From an uncultured Anaerolineae bacterium (GTDB lineage Bacteria; Chloroflexota; Anaerolineae; Promineifilales; Promineifilaceae), in contig CALEAD010000005.1 of assembly GCA_937943625.1 (NCBI GenBank), positions 12,630 through 76,629 of the forward strand: a DNA stretch of 64,000 bases, in the 5' to 3' direction. The notes below the pieces were generated by a model, which was given only the letters and a program-made list of their open reading frames with translations, was not told where the DNA came from and did no database searches. The translations under genes and the position numbers were made by a program. The stretch's first letter is position 1. The number at the start of each line of letters is the position of its first letter. Positions 1 to 9,372 of this stretch are shown here, piece by piece.

Positions 1-1200
1 GTGAAACCAATTCTTGTTATCGGCGCATCGGTGGGGGGAGCAACGGCCGCTAATCGGCTGGCGACTGCCGGCGTTCCGGTGGTCCTGCTGGAGAAGGATC
101 TCTCCTGGGTGAAACCGTGCGGGGGTGCGCTGCCGCCTGTGGCCTTTACGGAGTTCGATATTCCCCAATCGCTGATTTCGCGCAAGGTCTACAGGGCGCA
201 GGTTTACTCCCCGTCTAACCGCGTGACAGATTTTGCCGTTTCTGGGCTGCGCCAGCGGGAGACGGATTACATTGCCATGACCCGCCGCGAAGATCTAGAC
301 CCCTGGCTGCGCCAGCGTGCTGTACAGAATGGTGCGCAGCTAATCGAAGGACGCCTGACGGAGTTACAGGTGCGCGAAGATGGCGTGCGGGCAACCTATC
401 GTGACAAGGCCAGTGGGGAAAAGCACGAACTGTTTGTCGAAGCGGTCATTGGCGCCGATGGCGCTTACTCCACGACGGCGAAATTGTTGGGGCTGCCGCG
501 CCTGCCGCGCTGTATTGCTATTCAAGAGCGTATCTACCTGCCGGAAGAAAAAATGGCGCGGTGGCAGGAAACGGCCGCTCTCTATTTGGGTCATGATGTC
601 AGCCCTGACCTGTATGCCTGGGTGTTCCCCAAGCGAGATCACGTGGCGGTGGGCTGTGGCGCTGGCCCGGGCAACACAGCCGAAGCGCGCCGGCTCCTGG
701 CAAACCTGAAGCAGCGCCTGGCAGACGAGCTGGCAGGCGGGGAGGTTTTTCTGGAAGAGGCGCACGCTCTGCCGATGAGCCCACGCCCGCACATGGCTTT
801 TGATCGGGTGATGTTGGTGGGGGATGCAGCCGGGCTGGTTGTGCATACCTCTGGCGAGGGAATTTATTGGGCGATGAAAAGTGGTGATATGGCAGCCCGA
901 ACGCTGATTGAAAGTTTGCCCGATACGTCCGCGCGGGCGCTGCGCCGCTATGAAAAGCAGTGGTGGCGGGAGTACCGCACCATGTACCGCTTCTTGCGCT
1001 GGCTGCAAAAGTGGGGATATGGCAATGAGCGGCAGATGGAAGTGTTTACGGATATGTGCCGCAACAAGGATGTGCAGCAGTTAACTTTTGAGTCTTATAT
1101 GCACAAAAATATGACGCCTGTGCCCTGGTTGGCGCAGGTGCGGATGACAGCCGATATTCTGGCGGCGCAGATTCGTCATTATTTGCCACGGTGGGCCTGA
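1..1200 (+). CDS. bchP: Geranylgeranyl reductase (BchP/ChlP-family flavoprotein)
   Basis: 399-aa ORF. N-terminal FAD fold VIGASVGGATAANRLA..LLEK is followed by the KPCGGALP motif typical of ChlP/BchP. It heads a co-directional bch cluster. The GTG is at window base 1, so the true start could lie upstream. Confidence 0.8.
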   Translation: MKPILVIGASVGGATAANRLATAGVPVVLLEKDLSWVKPCGGALPPVAFTEFDIPQSLISRKVYRAQVYSPSNRVTDFAVSGLRQRETDYIAMTRREDLDPWLRQRAVQNGAQLIEGRLTELQVREDGVRATYRDKASGEKHELFVEAVIGADGAYSTTAKLLGLPRLPRCIAIQERIYLPEEKMARWQETAALYLGHDVSPDLYAWVFPKRDHVAVGCGAGPGNTAEARRLLANLKQRLADELAGGEVFLEEAHALPMSPRPHMAFDRVMLVGDAAGLVVHTSGEGIYWAMKSGDMAARTLIESLPDTSARALRRYEKQWWREYRTMYRFLRWLQKWGYGNERQMEVFTDMCRNKDVQQLTFESYMHKNMTPVPWLAQVRMTADILAAQIRHYLPRWA

Positions 1201-2048
1201 CGCAAATGCTTTCTTTTGTTTTCCCGGTCTTGTATGCGTTGTTTCTCTGGTGGTTCCTCACCGGGCTGATTATGGTTGTCTACGGCCGTTCGCCACGCAC
1301 GATTCGTCTCTTTTTTGCCGCCGCCACGCTGTTGATGCTGGTTGCCCTGGCGGGCATCTTTCTCACGCGCCAGGGCACTGAAAAGTGGCACATCTACACG
1401 GCCGTTACTTGCAGCATGATCCTTTGGGGATGGCACACCGGCAGTTATTACCTGGGGTTTGTGACCGGGCCAAAAGCAAAACGGCCGTTCTCCCGTCACC
1501 TCCCCCTCATGGCTCGTTTTCGCTTGGCACTGCGCGCCAGCTTGCATCACGAACTGCTTGTCGTGGCCTTCGTCATTCTCCTGGCTGCCCTCACCTGGGC
1601 GCAGGCCAACCGCTGGGGTTTCTGGCTCTTCCTGGCTATGTGGCTCATGCACCTCAGCGCCAAACTCAACATCTTTTTGGGTGTGCGCAACTTCTACATC
1701 GAATTCCTGCCCATGCACCTGCACCCCCTGGATCGGCTGCTCATTCGTCAGCCCGGCAATTTCTTCATGCCCATTTCCATCGTTCTTGCCGCCAGCATCG
1801 CACTGACCCTGGTCTACCACGCTATCATCCCTACCACAGATCCCGCACACTCAGCCGGCTACCTCTTTGTGGGCGTGATGATTGGCCTGGGCATTCTGGA
1901 GCACCTGCTGTTGGTGTTGCCCATTCCGGCTACTTTGTGGGGCTGGGGTGTGCGCCTTTTGCCACGCCACCCCCAAACGAGCGGCACGAGCGGACGAGCG
2001 CCCAACGCCACGCTGCGCGTTATTTCCAAGCAAATGATTGAAGGATAG
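1191..2048 (+). CDS. Polytopic membrane protein, PuhE/DUF3623-like (putative photosynthetic-complex assembly factor)
   Basis: 285-aa ORF with about 7 hydrophobic segments. LWWFLTG and SAKLNIFLGVRN motifs are recalled from the PuhE family. The start overlaps the bchP stop. Confidence 0.5.
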   Translation: MGLTQMLSFVFPVLYALFLWWFLTGLIMVVYGRSPRTIRLFFAAATLLMLVALAGIFLTRQGTEKWHIYTAVTCSMILWGWHTGSYYLGFVTGPKAKRPFSRHLPLMARFRLALRASLHHELLVVAFVILLAALTWAQANRWGFWLFLAMWLMHLSAKLNIFLGVRNFYIEFLPMHLHPLDRLLIRQPGNFFMPISIVLAASIALTLVYHAIIPTTDPAHSAGYLFVGVMIGLGILEHLLLVLPIPATLWGWGVRLLPRHPQTSGTSGRAPNATLRVISKQMIEG

Positions 2049-2052
2049 AGTG

Positions 2053-2940
2053 ATGATTTACGCTGCGCCTGTTTCTGTTTCAAAAGAGCCTGTCACGCGC
2101 GAGTGCGCGACGATGACCCTCCAGCGCCCCTTTGGGCCACTGGTGCTGGATGTATGGGAACCACGCGCCCCGGCAAAAGCGGCCAAAGATGCCGCGCCCG
2201 TCCTTCTCATTCATGGTTGGGGAGGAACAGGCAGCTACTGGCGTGAAACGGCGCGCTACCTCTCAGAAACGGTGAAAGTAATTGTGCCCGACCTGCCCGG
2301 TACGGGCCGTTCCCAGCCGGTAAACTGGCCACAGAACATATTCAACCAGGTAGATACCCTGGTATACATTCTGGATACGCTTGGCCTGGAGCGTGTGCAG
2401 GTGGTAGGCCACTCGATGGGAGGCGCAATGGCCGTGCTGCTGGCCGATGCCCGCCCACAGCAAGTTGAGCGCCTGGCGCTTACCTCCCTTTGCTTCTTCA
2501 TGAGTGAGGCGCAAGAAACGATGTATAAAACTGCCATGGGTATCTTCAAGCTAACCATGAGCTTTCGCCCTGGCTGGCTGGCGCAGGTTCCGCTTGTGCC
2601 ACAATTGGTTGCTACGCGCTACTTTTATCGCGTGCCCAAAGACAACGAGTTGCTGCGCCAGGGGTTGCGCGATTATCTGGAGCTAGATAAAGAAACGGCC
2701 GCTGCTTGCGCCGATGATGCTCCTAATCCCGTCATCACCCAGGCTGGGGCGCGCATTCGCGTTCCTACCCTGCTGATCGCCTGCCGCCAGGACCAGGTGA
2801 TGCCGGTGCAAAACGTAGACTTTACCCTGAAAACGATTCCCAATAGCCAGATACGCTGGATAGACAAGTGTGGGCATATGCCCATGGTGGAAAAACCGCA
2901 GGAGTATTTTGCTTTGTTACACGAATTTCTCCGCCTGTGA
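2053..2940 (+). CDS. Alpha/beta-fold hydrolase (BchO-like position in cluster)
   Basis: HGWGG oxyanion motif and GHSMGG nucleophile elbow. ATG 2053 is preceded by GAAGGA 7 nt upstream; the track ORF begins at TTG 2038. Confidence 0.65.
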   Translation: MIYAAPVSVSKEPVTRECATMTLQRPFGPLVLDVWEPRAPAKAAKDAAPVLLIHGWGGTGSYWRETARYLSETVKVIVPDLPGTGRSQPVNWPQNIFNQVDTLVYILDTLGLERVQVVGHSMGGAMAVLLADARPQQVERLALTSLCFFMSEAQETMYKTAMGIFKLTMSFRPGWLAQVPLVPQLVATRYFYRVPKDNELLRQGLRDYLELDKETAAACADDAPNPVITQAGARIRVPTLLIACRQDQVMPVQNVDFTLKTIPNSQIRWIDKCGHMPMVEKPQEYFALLHEFLRL

Positions 2941-3038
2941 GGGAAGTTGGTGCGTTGGTTGAGTTGGCGGGTCGGTTCATGAACCAACTCGCCAACCAGC
3001 CAACAAACCAACTAACCCAACAACAGCCATTGTGACCT

Positions 3039-3533
3039 ATGACAACAGCAGGCTATACCCCAGAACAATTGGAAAGACGCAACAAGAGCAAGTGGACGCT
3101 GGTGCAGGCGATATTGGCTCCCGTGCAGTTCCTGGCGTTCATCATCAGCTTTGTGCTGGTGGTGCGTTACCTGGTCACAGGTAATGGCTACCTGGCGGCC
3201 AATACCAGCGTGCTGATTAAAATTGCCCTGCTCTGGCTCATTACCATCACCGGTATGATTTGGGAGAAAGAGATTTTTGGCCACTGGTTTTTGGCGCCGC
3301 AGTTCTTTTGGGAAGATGTGGGCAATGCCGTGGCGATGGTGATGCACAACCTTTACTTTTTGGCGCGCGCGCTGCAATGGTCAGACCGCGCCGTGATGAC
3401 GCTGATGCTGGTGGCTTACATCTCTTACCTGGTAAATTGTGGGCAGTTTATTGTGCGCGGCATTAAGGCGCGGCAGCAACGGCCGTCTCACGCGCAAACG
3501 GCCGTTAGTCAGACTATTGAGCAATTGTCATGA
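3039..3533 (+). CDS. bchF: 2-vinyl bacteriochlorophyllide hydratase
   Basis: 164-aa membrane protein. N-terminus YTPEQLERRNKSKWTLVQAILAPVQFLAF matches the conserved BchF signature. Its stop overlaps the bchC start (ATGA). Confidence 0.8.
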   Translation: MTTAGYTPEQLERRNKSKWTLVQAILAPVQFLAFIISFVLVVRYLVTGNGYLAANTSVLIKIALLWLITITGMIWEKEIFGHWFLAPQFFWEDVGNAVAMVMHNLYFLARALQWSDRAVMTLMLVAYISYLVNCGQFIVRGIKARQQRPSHAQTAVSQTIEQLS

Positions 3534-4477
3534 GTACCGTACAGGCTGTCGTCATTCCCCAACCGGGGCAGGTAGAATTGCGATCCGTTACCCTGAAAAT
3601 GCCAGGGCCGGACGATGTAGTGGTGCAAACCGCTTACACCTCCATCAGCGCCGGCACCGAGCGCATGTTGCTGGCGGGGCAAATGCCCCATCCCATGTTG
3701 CAACTGCCCGTTGTGCCCGGCTATGAGACAGTTGGTCGCATTGTGGCTGTTGGTGAGAACGTGGATGCCGCCTGGAACGGCCGTTGGGTTTATGTGGGTG
3801 GCGCACACTGCTACGAAGGCATCAACGCCGCCTGGGGCGGCCAATCCGCCACCTTATTTGCCGACGTGAAGCGCGTCATTCCCCTGGATGGCATCGAGCC
3901 GCGTCATGGAGTGCTGCTGGCGCTGGCAGCAACGGCCGTTCACGGCATAGACCTGATTGCTCCTGTTGCCGGTAGCCGCATCCTGATACTGGGGCAAGGC
4001 CCGGTTGGCCAGCTCGCTGCCCGCTTTGCCCAGGCCCAGGGCGCCTGGGTCGCCGTCACCGACCGCATAGAAAGCCGCCTGGCTCGCGCCGTTGCTCACA
4101 CCATTATCAACGTAGACCGTCAACCCCTCAACGAAGCCATTCACGAACCGGTACACACCATCGTCGAAGCCACCGGCTCCATGGCCGCCCTTGCCAGTGC
4201 CTTGCCCTTGTTAGCCAATGGCGGCTCCATTTTGCTGCTAGGCTACTACCAGAACCTGCAACTGCCCTACATGCCACTTTTCCTCAAAGAGGCGCGCCTG
4301 CTGACGGCCAAAGAGTGGGCGCCTGGGGATCTGCTGCACTGCCGTGACGCTATCCGCAGCGGCGCGCTAGAGGTGGGTTCCCTGCTCACGCACACAATGC
4401 CAGTCACAGAAGTGGCCGCTGCCTACCACACCGCTCTCAACGACCTAGACTGCCTGAAGCTGGTGCTGGTGTGGTAA
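3530..4477 (+). CDS. bchC: 3-hydroxyethyl bacteriochlorophyllide a dehydrogenase (MDR/zinc-ADH fold)
   Basis: 315 aa. SISAGTERMLLAGQMP...PVVPGYETVGRIVAVG pattern plus a GxGxxG Rossmann motif (LGQGPVG). Lies in the bchF-bchC-bchX context. Confidence 0.8.
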   Translation: MSTVQAVVIPQPGQVELRSVTLKMPGPDDVVVQTAYTSISAGTERMLLAGQMPHPMLQLPVVPGYETVGRIVAVGENVDAAWNGRWVYVGGAHCYEGINAAWGGQSATLFADVKRVIPLDGIEPRHGVLLALAATAVHGIDLIAPVAGSRILILGQGPVGQLAARFAQAQGAWVAVTDRIESRLARAVAHTIINVDRQPLNEAIHEPVHTIVEATGSMAALASALPLLANGGSILLLGYYQNLQLPYMPLFLKEARLLTAKEWAPGDLLHCRDAIRSGALEVGSLLTHTMPVTEVAAAYHTALNDLDCLKLVLVW

Positions 4478-4577
4478 TGGGAGTTTTGTTGTGCCGCGTA
4501 AGCGAAAGCAGTGCTTAGGGATTGGAGATTAATTCCGCAAACCAAAATCCAAAATCCGCAAGTCTAAAGGAGATGTG

Positions 4578-5759
4578 ATGGCTGCAAGGATGTTAGCAAT
4601 TTATGGCAAGGGGGGCATTGGCAAGAGCTTTACCACCTCTAACCTCACGGCGCGCCTGGCGCTGGATGGGTACCGCGTGTTACAGCTGGGCTGCGACCCC
4701 AAGCACGACTCCTGCAACACCATCTTCGATGGCCATTCTCTGCCCACCCTCGGCGATGTCTGGCGCAGCTTTAAGGAGCAGGGGCAAGAAGAGCACCTGA
4801 CCGTTGGCGACGTCATCTTTCGCAATGAGCTGGCCCCTGGGGTGCCCATTTTTGGCTGCGAAATTGGCGGCCCCGACGTAGGGCGTGGCTGCGGCGGACA
4901 GGGTATCTCGCATGGCTTCAAGGTGCTGGAACGGCTGGGCATGAACCAATGGCAGCTTGACTACATCGTCATGGACTTTTTGGGTGATGTGGTTTGCGGT
5001 GGTTTTGCCACCCCCCTGGCACGCTCACTGGCAGAAGAGGTGATCATCGTTGTTGGACACGACCGCCAATCGCTCTACGCCGCCAACAACATCGCCAAGG
5101 CAGCGCGCTACTTCCAATCCCTGGGAGGCACAACGCAGCTTTTGGGGCTGATCGTCAACCGCGACGACGGCACAGACACGGCCGATCGCTTCGCCGAAGC
5201 AACCGGCCTCCCCATACTGGCCAGAGTGCCATTGAATCACCAGGCGCGCGTGCTGGCCGACGCCTGCAAGCTGGCGCTAGAGGTTAAAGAATTTGGCGCT
5301 ATCTTTGCAGACCTGGCGCAGCGCATTGCGCAGCGGCAAATTGCCCCCTGTCTGGATTACCAGCCGCTGGAGTATGACGCCTTCCTCCAGGTGTTTGGCG
5401 CCGAAGAGCCACCCGGCCTGCCGCAGTCCGCAACTGAGGTGGATTTATTCAGAGGGGAAACGGCCGTTGCCCGGCCCATTCTCCCCTTCATCCCCCTCAC
5501 ACCCATACGCCAGGTGCGGGTCACCGACCCCATCCAGCGCAAAGTGCAAGACATGGTCGAAGCGATTGGCATCCACATCACCGATCTTGACCACGACCAT
5601 CACGATGGCATTACCGTCACCTCAGGCGCAACCGAAATTCGCCTGGGGCAGCCAGAAGACCTGGAGCAAAAAATCGCTTTCCTGTCGGCCCTCATCCGCA
5701 CCGGGCAGGCATTTTCACTCATAGATGTGCGTTACGCAGATGCGCCATCCTATCACTAA
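4578..5759 (+). CDS. bchX: Chlorophyllide a reductase iron-protein subunit X (NifH-like) with long C-terminal extension
   Basis: P-loop IYGKGGIGKSFTTSNL and LGCDPKHDS motifs; GKSFT is the BchX-type variant. AAGGAG lies 5 nt upstream of ATG 4578. At about 393 aa it is longer than the NifH-like core. Confidence 0.8.
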   Translation: MAARMLAIYGKGGIGKSFTTSNLTARLALDGYRVLQLGCDPKHDSCNTIFDGHSLPTLGDVWRSFKEQGQEEHLTVGDVIFRNELAPGVPIFGCEIGGPDVGRGCGGQGISHGFKVLERLGMNQWQLDYIVMDFLGDVVCGGFATPLARSLAEEVIIVVGHDRQSLYAANNIAKAARYFQSLGGTTQLLGLIVNRDDGTDTADRFAEATGLPILARVPLNHQARVLADACKLALEVKEFGAIFADLAQRIAQRQIAPCLDYQPLEYDAFLQVFGAEEPPGLPQSATEVDLFRGETAVARPILPFIPLTPIRQVRVTDPIQRKVQDMVEAIGIHITDLDHDHHDGITVTSGATEIRLGQPEDLEQKIAFLSALIRTGQAFSLIDVRYADAPSYH

Positions 5760-6050
5760 CTTATTGCTCATCGTACCAGCTTTAGTTAGCCTTCCCACTA
5801 AAGCGGTCACTATGAAAAAAAACGCTGAATCATTTGTTAACTTACATGACCTGAGCAAAGCAAAAACCGCCCGATCAGGACATGCCATTTATTTTTAACC
5901 AGGGAGAGTTCATGGGTGTGGGTTACCACGTGTGAAAATCCGCAGATTTTTCAGATTCAGTTCGACGCGCAACACGAAGGAACACAAATCCACAATCCAA
6001 AATCGGTAGTTTCCCCAGGGACTTCTCTGGTAATGAACTAGGAGGATGCC

Positions 6051-6575
6051 ATGTTTGAAAGTTCACAATATTCTGGATTCCTGCTCTGCTACGCCCCCTT
6101 AGCCCTGGTCATTTTGGGCTTCATTGCCTTTGCTGCCCTGACCGACAGCCAGGCACGGAGCAAATACCTGCGCCGGCTTGACCCCCGGCCAGAAGGGGAG
6201 CGCCGCGATGAACCGGTGGCGCTCACCGCGCCGCTCACTGCGCAGACGCCCGCCGGAATGCTGGTGACGATCAGCCCGGCAGAAGAGGTGGCGGCCACTC
6301 GCTACCCCAAGCCCGCAGCCGCCAAACCGGACAATTTGCAGCTGATTGAAGGGATCGGCCCCAAAATTGCGCAGATCATGAAAGACGCCGGCATTGACAC
6401 CTTTGCCGCCCTGGCTACCAAAAACGCCAGTGACCTGCGCACGATTCTCGATGCGGCCGGCATTTCCGCTATTACCGACCCCACTACCTGGCCACAACAG
6501 GCGGCGCTGGCGGCACGCGGCGAGTGGGAAGCGTTAGAAGAGCTGCAAAACAAGCTGAAGGGCGGGCGAGCTTAG
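6051..6575 (+). CDS. Membrane-anchored helix-hairpin-helix (H3TH/COG3743-like) protein
   Basis: Strong RBS AGGAGG 5 nt upstream. One N-terminal TM segment. The C-terminal DNLQLIEGIGPKIAQIMKDAGIDTFAALA ... TWPQQAALAARGEWEALEELQ is a typical HhH module. Confidence 0.5.
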   Translation: MFESSQYSGFLLCYAPLALVILGFIAFAALTDSQARSKYLRRLDPRPEGERRDEPVALTAPLTAQTPAGMLVTISPAEEVAATRYPKPAAAKPDNLQLIEGIGPKIAQIMKDAGIDTFAALATKNASDLRTILDAAGISAITDPTTWPQQAALAARGEWEALEELQNKLKGGRA

Positions 6576-6584
6576 GCGCGACTG

Positions 6585-7880
6585 ATGGCAGACGTTTCGA
6601 TTCCTCTAGCAATGAAACAGCCGGATGCAAAGCCTTGCCAGCTTCATCCGCAGAGCATGTGTCCGGCTTTTGGCTCTTTGCGTGTCCTCACGCGCATCGA
6701 GGGGTCTCACCCGGTCATGGCGACTGATACCGGGTGCCTCTATGGACTGACGTTTGTCACCCATTTCTATGGGGCACGCAAATCCATTCTGGCGCCGCAA
6801 CTAGGCACGGCCGAATTAATGGCTGGTGAAATTGTCGAAGGTACGCGCGCCGCTATCGAGGTGGCGGCGCGTGAGCCTGGCTGCCAGCTCATTCCTGTCG
6901 TTTCCCTTTGCGTGGCGGAAACGGCCGGATTGCCAGAAGAAATGTTGCCGAAAAGGGTGGGAGAGGCAGAGGTGGTGCTGGTGCGTGTACCCGCCTACGC
7001 CATCCATTCCCACCCAGAGGCCAAAGACGTCGCCCTGGCAGCACTGCTGCGCCGTCTGGCTGATGCGCAAAGCGAACGCCAAAAGAAGCGTTTGCTGCTG
7101 TTGGGCGAAGTGTTCCCTGCTGACCCGCTGGCCATTGACAACCTGCTGCGTCGCATGGGCGTGGAGCAGACCATCACCCTGCCGGGGCGCGCTATTGCCG
7201 ACCTGCGCCTGGCGCGCAGCGTGGGGGCGCTGGCGCCGCTACACCCGTTCTATAAGGAAACGGCCGCACTTTTCCGCTCCTGGGACATTCCCGTTGTGGG
7301 TGGTGCGCCGGTGGGCGTCAGCGGCACCTATGCCTGGCTAAAGGCAGTAGGCGCATTGCTAGACCTGAACGCGAAGCTGGTGGATGAGGTGGTGGAAGAA
7401 GAACGGGAACGCGCGCAGGCGGTTTTGCAGGCGCAGCCGTTGCACGGCCGTATCCTGGTCACGGGCTATGAGGGCACTGAACTGGCCTATGCCCGCCTGC
7501 TGGTAGAGGCCGGCGCCGAAGTGCCCTACGTTTCCACCTCCATTGCCCAGGACCCGCTGGTGTTGCCCGATGAGCTGTGGCTGCGCGCGCGCGGCACGCA
7601 AGAAGTGGTCTACCGCAAATCGCTGGAAGAGGACGTAGCGGCGCTGGATAAATACGAACCAGACATGGTGCTGGGCACAACGCCGTTTTGCAGTGTGGCA
7701 AAAGAGCGCGGCATTCCCGCGATGTACTTTACCAATCAGTTGGCTTCACGGCCGTTTTTCCTCAGCGGTGGGTTAGCGGCCACATTAGGCTTCATGAACC
7801 AGACGATGGGGCGCAGTGCGCGCTACCAGTGGATACAATCTTTCTTTGACGAGACGGAGGTGGCGGATGCCAGCGCCTAA
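6585..7880 (+). CDS. bchY: Chlorophyllide a reductase subunit Y
   Basis: PQSMCPAFGSLRV and GCLYGLTFVTHFYGARK motifs are characteristic of BchY. Followed by an overlapping bchZ. Confidence 0.8.
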   Translation: MADVSIPLAMKQPDAKPCQLHPQSMCPAFGSLRVLTRIEGSHPVMATDTGCLYGLTFVTHFYGARKSILAPQLGTAELMAGEIVEGTRAAIEVAAREPGCQLIPVVSLCVAETAGLPEEMLPKRVGEAEVVLVRVPAYAIHSHPEAKDVALAALLRRLADAQSERQKKRLLLLGEVFPADPLAIDNLLRRMGVEQTITLPGRAIADLRLARSVGALAPLHPFYKETAALFRSWDIPVVGGAPVGVSGTYAWLKAVGALLDLNAKLVDEVVEEERERAQAVLQAQPLHGRILVTGYEGTELAYARLLVEAGAEVPYVSTSIAQDPLVLPDELWLRARGTQEVVYRKSLEEDVAALDKYEPDMVLGTTPFCSVAKERGIPAMYFTNQLASRPFFLSGGLAATLGFMNQTMGRSARYQWIQSFFDETEVADASA

Positions 7881-9363
7881 GCTCATTCGTGATCTCTCTG
7901 ATACCAGCAGCTACTGGGCAGCCGTCTGGACGATGTGTACCATGCCGGACGTGCACGTGATTTGCGATGCGCCGATTGGTTGCTTTAACCTGGTGGCAAC
8001 GGCCGTTCCCGACTACACCGATGCCATTCCCCACATCGAAAACATCACCCCCTCCATCATCACCGAGCAAGAAGTGGGCAGCAGCGGCACGGCCGCTTCT
8101 GTGCAGCGCACCTATGAGAACCTGCGCGACACCGGGCTGCTAGATGGCAAAAACTTGATTGTCGTTTCTACTGCCGAAAGCGAAATGATCGGCTCTGACC
8201 TGACCGACCTGGTGACGCGCTTGCAGCCGGGCGCGCGCTTCTTCCACAGCGAATCGCTGACTGAGGATGAGTGGACAGGGCGTGACCGCGTGCTGCATTG
8301 GCTGTGGCAGGAATACGGCCGTGCGCAGGCCGCCGGCATTGCTCCAGAATCAGGGCTGGTTAACATCATCGGTCCCACCTACGGCTGCTTCAACTCCGCC
8401 GCCGACCTGCACGAAGTGCGCCGCCTGATCGAGGGCGCAGGGGGGCGTATTAACCTCGTCTTCCCCTTGCAGGCGCGCCTGGCAGACGTGCCGCAACTGG
8501 CAAAAGCGTCGCTCAACGTCGTGATGTACAAAGAGTTTGGCCATACGCTGGCGCAGGCGCTGGGGCAGCCCTGGCTGCACGCCCCCATGGGCATGCGCGG
8601 CACGACGGAATTCGTGCAAAAGCTGGGGCAGTTGTTGGGAACAGGCGCACAGGCGGCTGCTTTTATCCGCCGCGAAAAAGAAACCACCCTGCAAGCGGTA
8701 TGGGATTTGTGGAAAGGGCCGCAAGGGGATTGGTTCCCCACCACCAACCTGGGTATTGTGGCCACGCGCACCTACGTAGATGGCTTGCAGGCGTACCTGG
8801 GGGACGAGTTGGGGATGCCGATTGTGTTTGCCGCTTCACGGCCGTTGCGCCCTGGCGAACTGGACAACGAGGGGGTGCGCCAACTGCTGCACCGGCAAGC
8901 CCCGGCTTTTGTCTTTGGCTCCATCAATGAGAAGATCTACCTCAGCGAGGCAGGAGCCAGGTACACCAACTTTGTGCCTGCGGCCTTCCCTGGCCCCATT
9001 GTGCGCCGCGCCGTGGGCACGCCTTTTATGGGCTATCGCGGCTGCGTCTACGTTTTACAGGAGATTGTGAACCGCCTGTATGAGGTGTTGTTTAACTTCT
9101 TGCCCGTAGATGCCGCTTATGCGCAGGCGCGCAGCGCAGGCGGCGCGCCAACCGCGCCCCTCTCTACGCGCGCCGGCGCGCTGCCCTGGCAGGCCGAAGC
9201 GAAAAAGCTGTTAGACCAGGCGCTGGAGGAGTTACCGTTTATTCCGCGCATCTCCGCCAGCCGTGAAATTCAGATGCAGGTAGAGGCATTGGCACATCAA
9301 CGCGAATTGACCGAGGTAACGGCCGAATTGGTAACGGCCGTGCTCGCCGCGCGCGCCAGCTAA
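7867..9363 (+). CDS. bchZ: Chlorophyllide a reductase subunit Z
   Basis: SYWAAVWTMCTMPDVHVICDAPIGCFNL is a BchZ/NifK-like N-terminus. ATG 7867 has GGAGG 6 nt upstream and overlaps the bchY end; the track ORF begins at GTG 7816. Confidence 0.8.
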   Translation: MPAPKLIRDLSDTSSYWAAVWTMCTMPDVHVICDAPIGCFNLVATAVPDYTDAIPHIENITPSIITEQEVGSSGTAASVQRTYENLRDTGLLDGKNLIVVSTAESEMIGSDLTDLVTRLQPGARFFHSESLTEDEWTGRDRVLHWLWQEYGRAQAAGIAPESGLVNIIGPTYGCFNSAADLHEVRRLIEGAGGRINLVFPLQARLADVPQLAKASLNVVMYKEFGHTLAQALGQPWLHAPMGMRGTTEFVQKLGQLLGTGAQAAAFIRREKETTLQAVWDLWKGPQGDWFPTTNLGIVATRTYVDGLQAYLGDELGMPIVFAASRPLRPGELDNEGVRQLLHRQAPAFVFGSINEKIYLSEAGARYTNFVPAAFPGPIVRRAVGTPFMGYRGCVYVLQEIVNRLYEVLFNFLPVDAAYAQARSAGGAPTAPLSTRAGALPWQAEAKKLLDQALEELPFIPRISASREIQMQVEALAHQRELTEVTAELVTAVLAARAS

Positions 9364-9372
9364 GAGAGCGCT

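Noticed and set aside
364-1008. Long antisense or alternate-frame ORFs throughout the track, for example 364-1008(-), 12317-13138(-), 15933-16706(-), 33852-34835(-), 39459-40376(-), 31383-31991(+) and 62880-63476(-).
   Set aside because: They lie opposite or out of frame to ORFs with clear family motifs. They are Arg/Gly/Pro/Ala-rich as expected for shadow frames in GC-rich DNA, and they lack RBS or domain signatures.
5812-5898. A 28-codon ORF (MKKNAESFVNLHDLSKAKTARSGHAIYF) in the AT-richer bchX to HhH-gene spacer.
   Set aside because: It has no ribosome-binding site and no recognisable features, and an ORF of this length arises easily by chance in AT-richer DNA.
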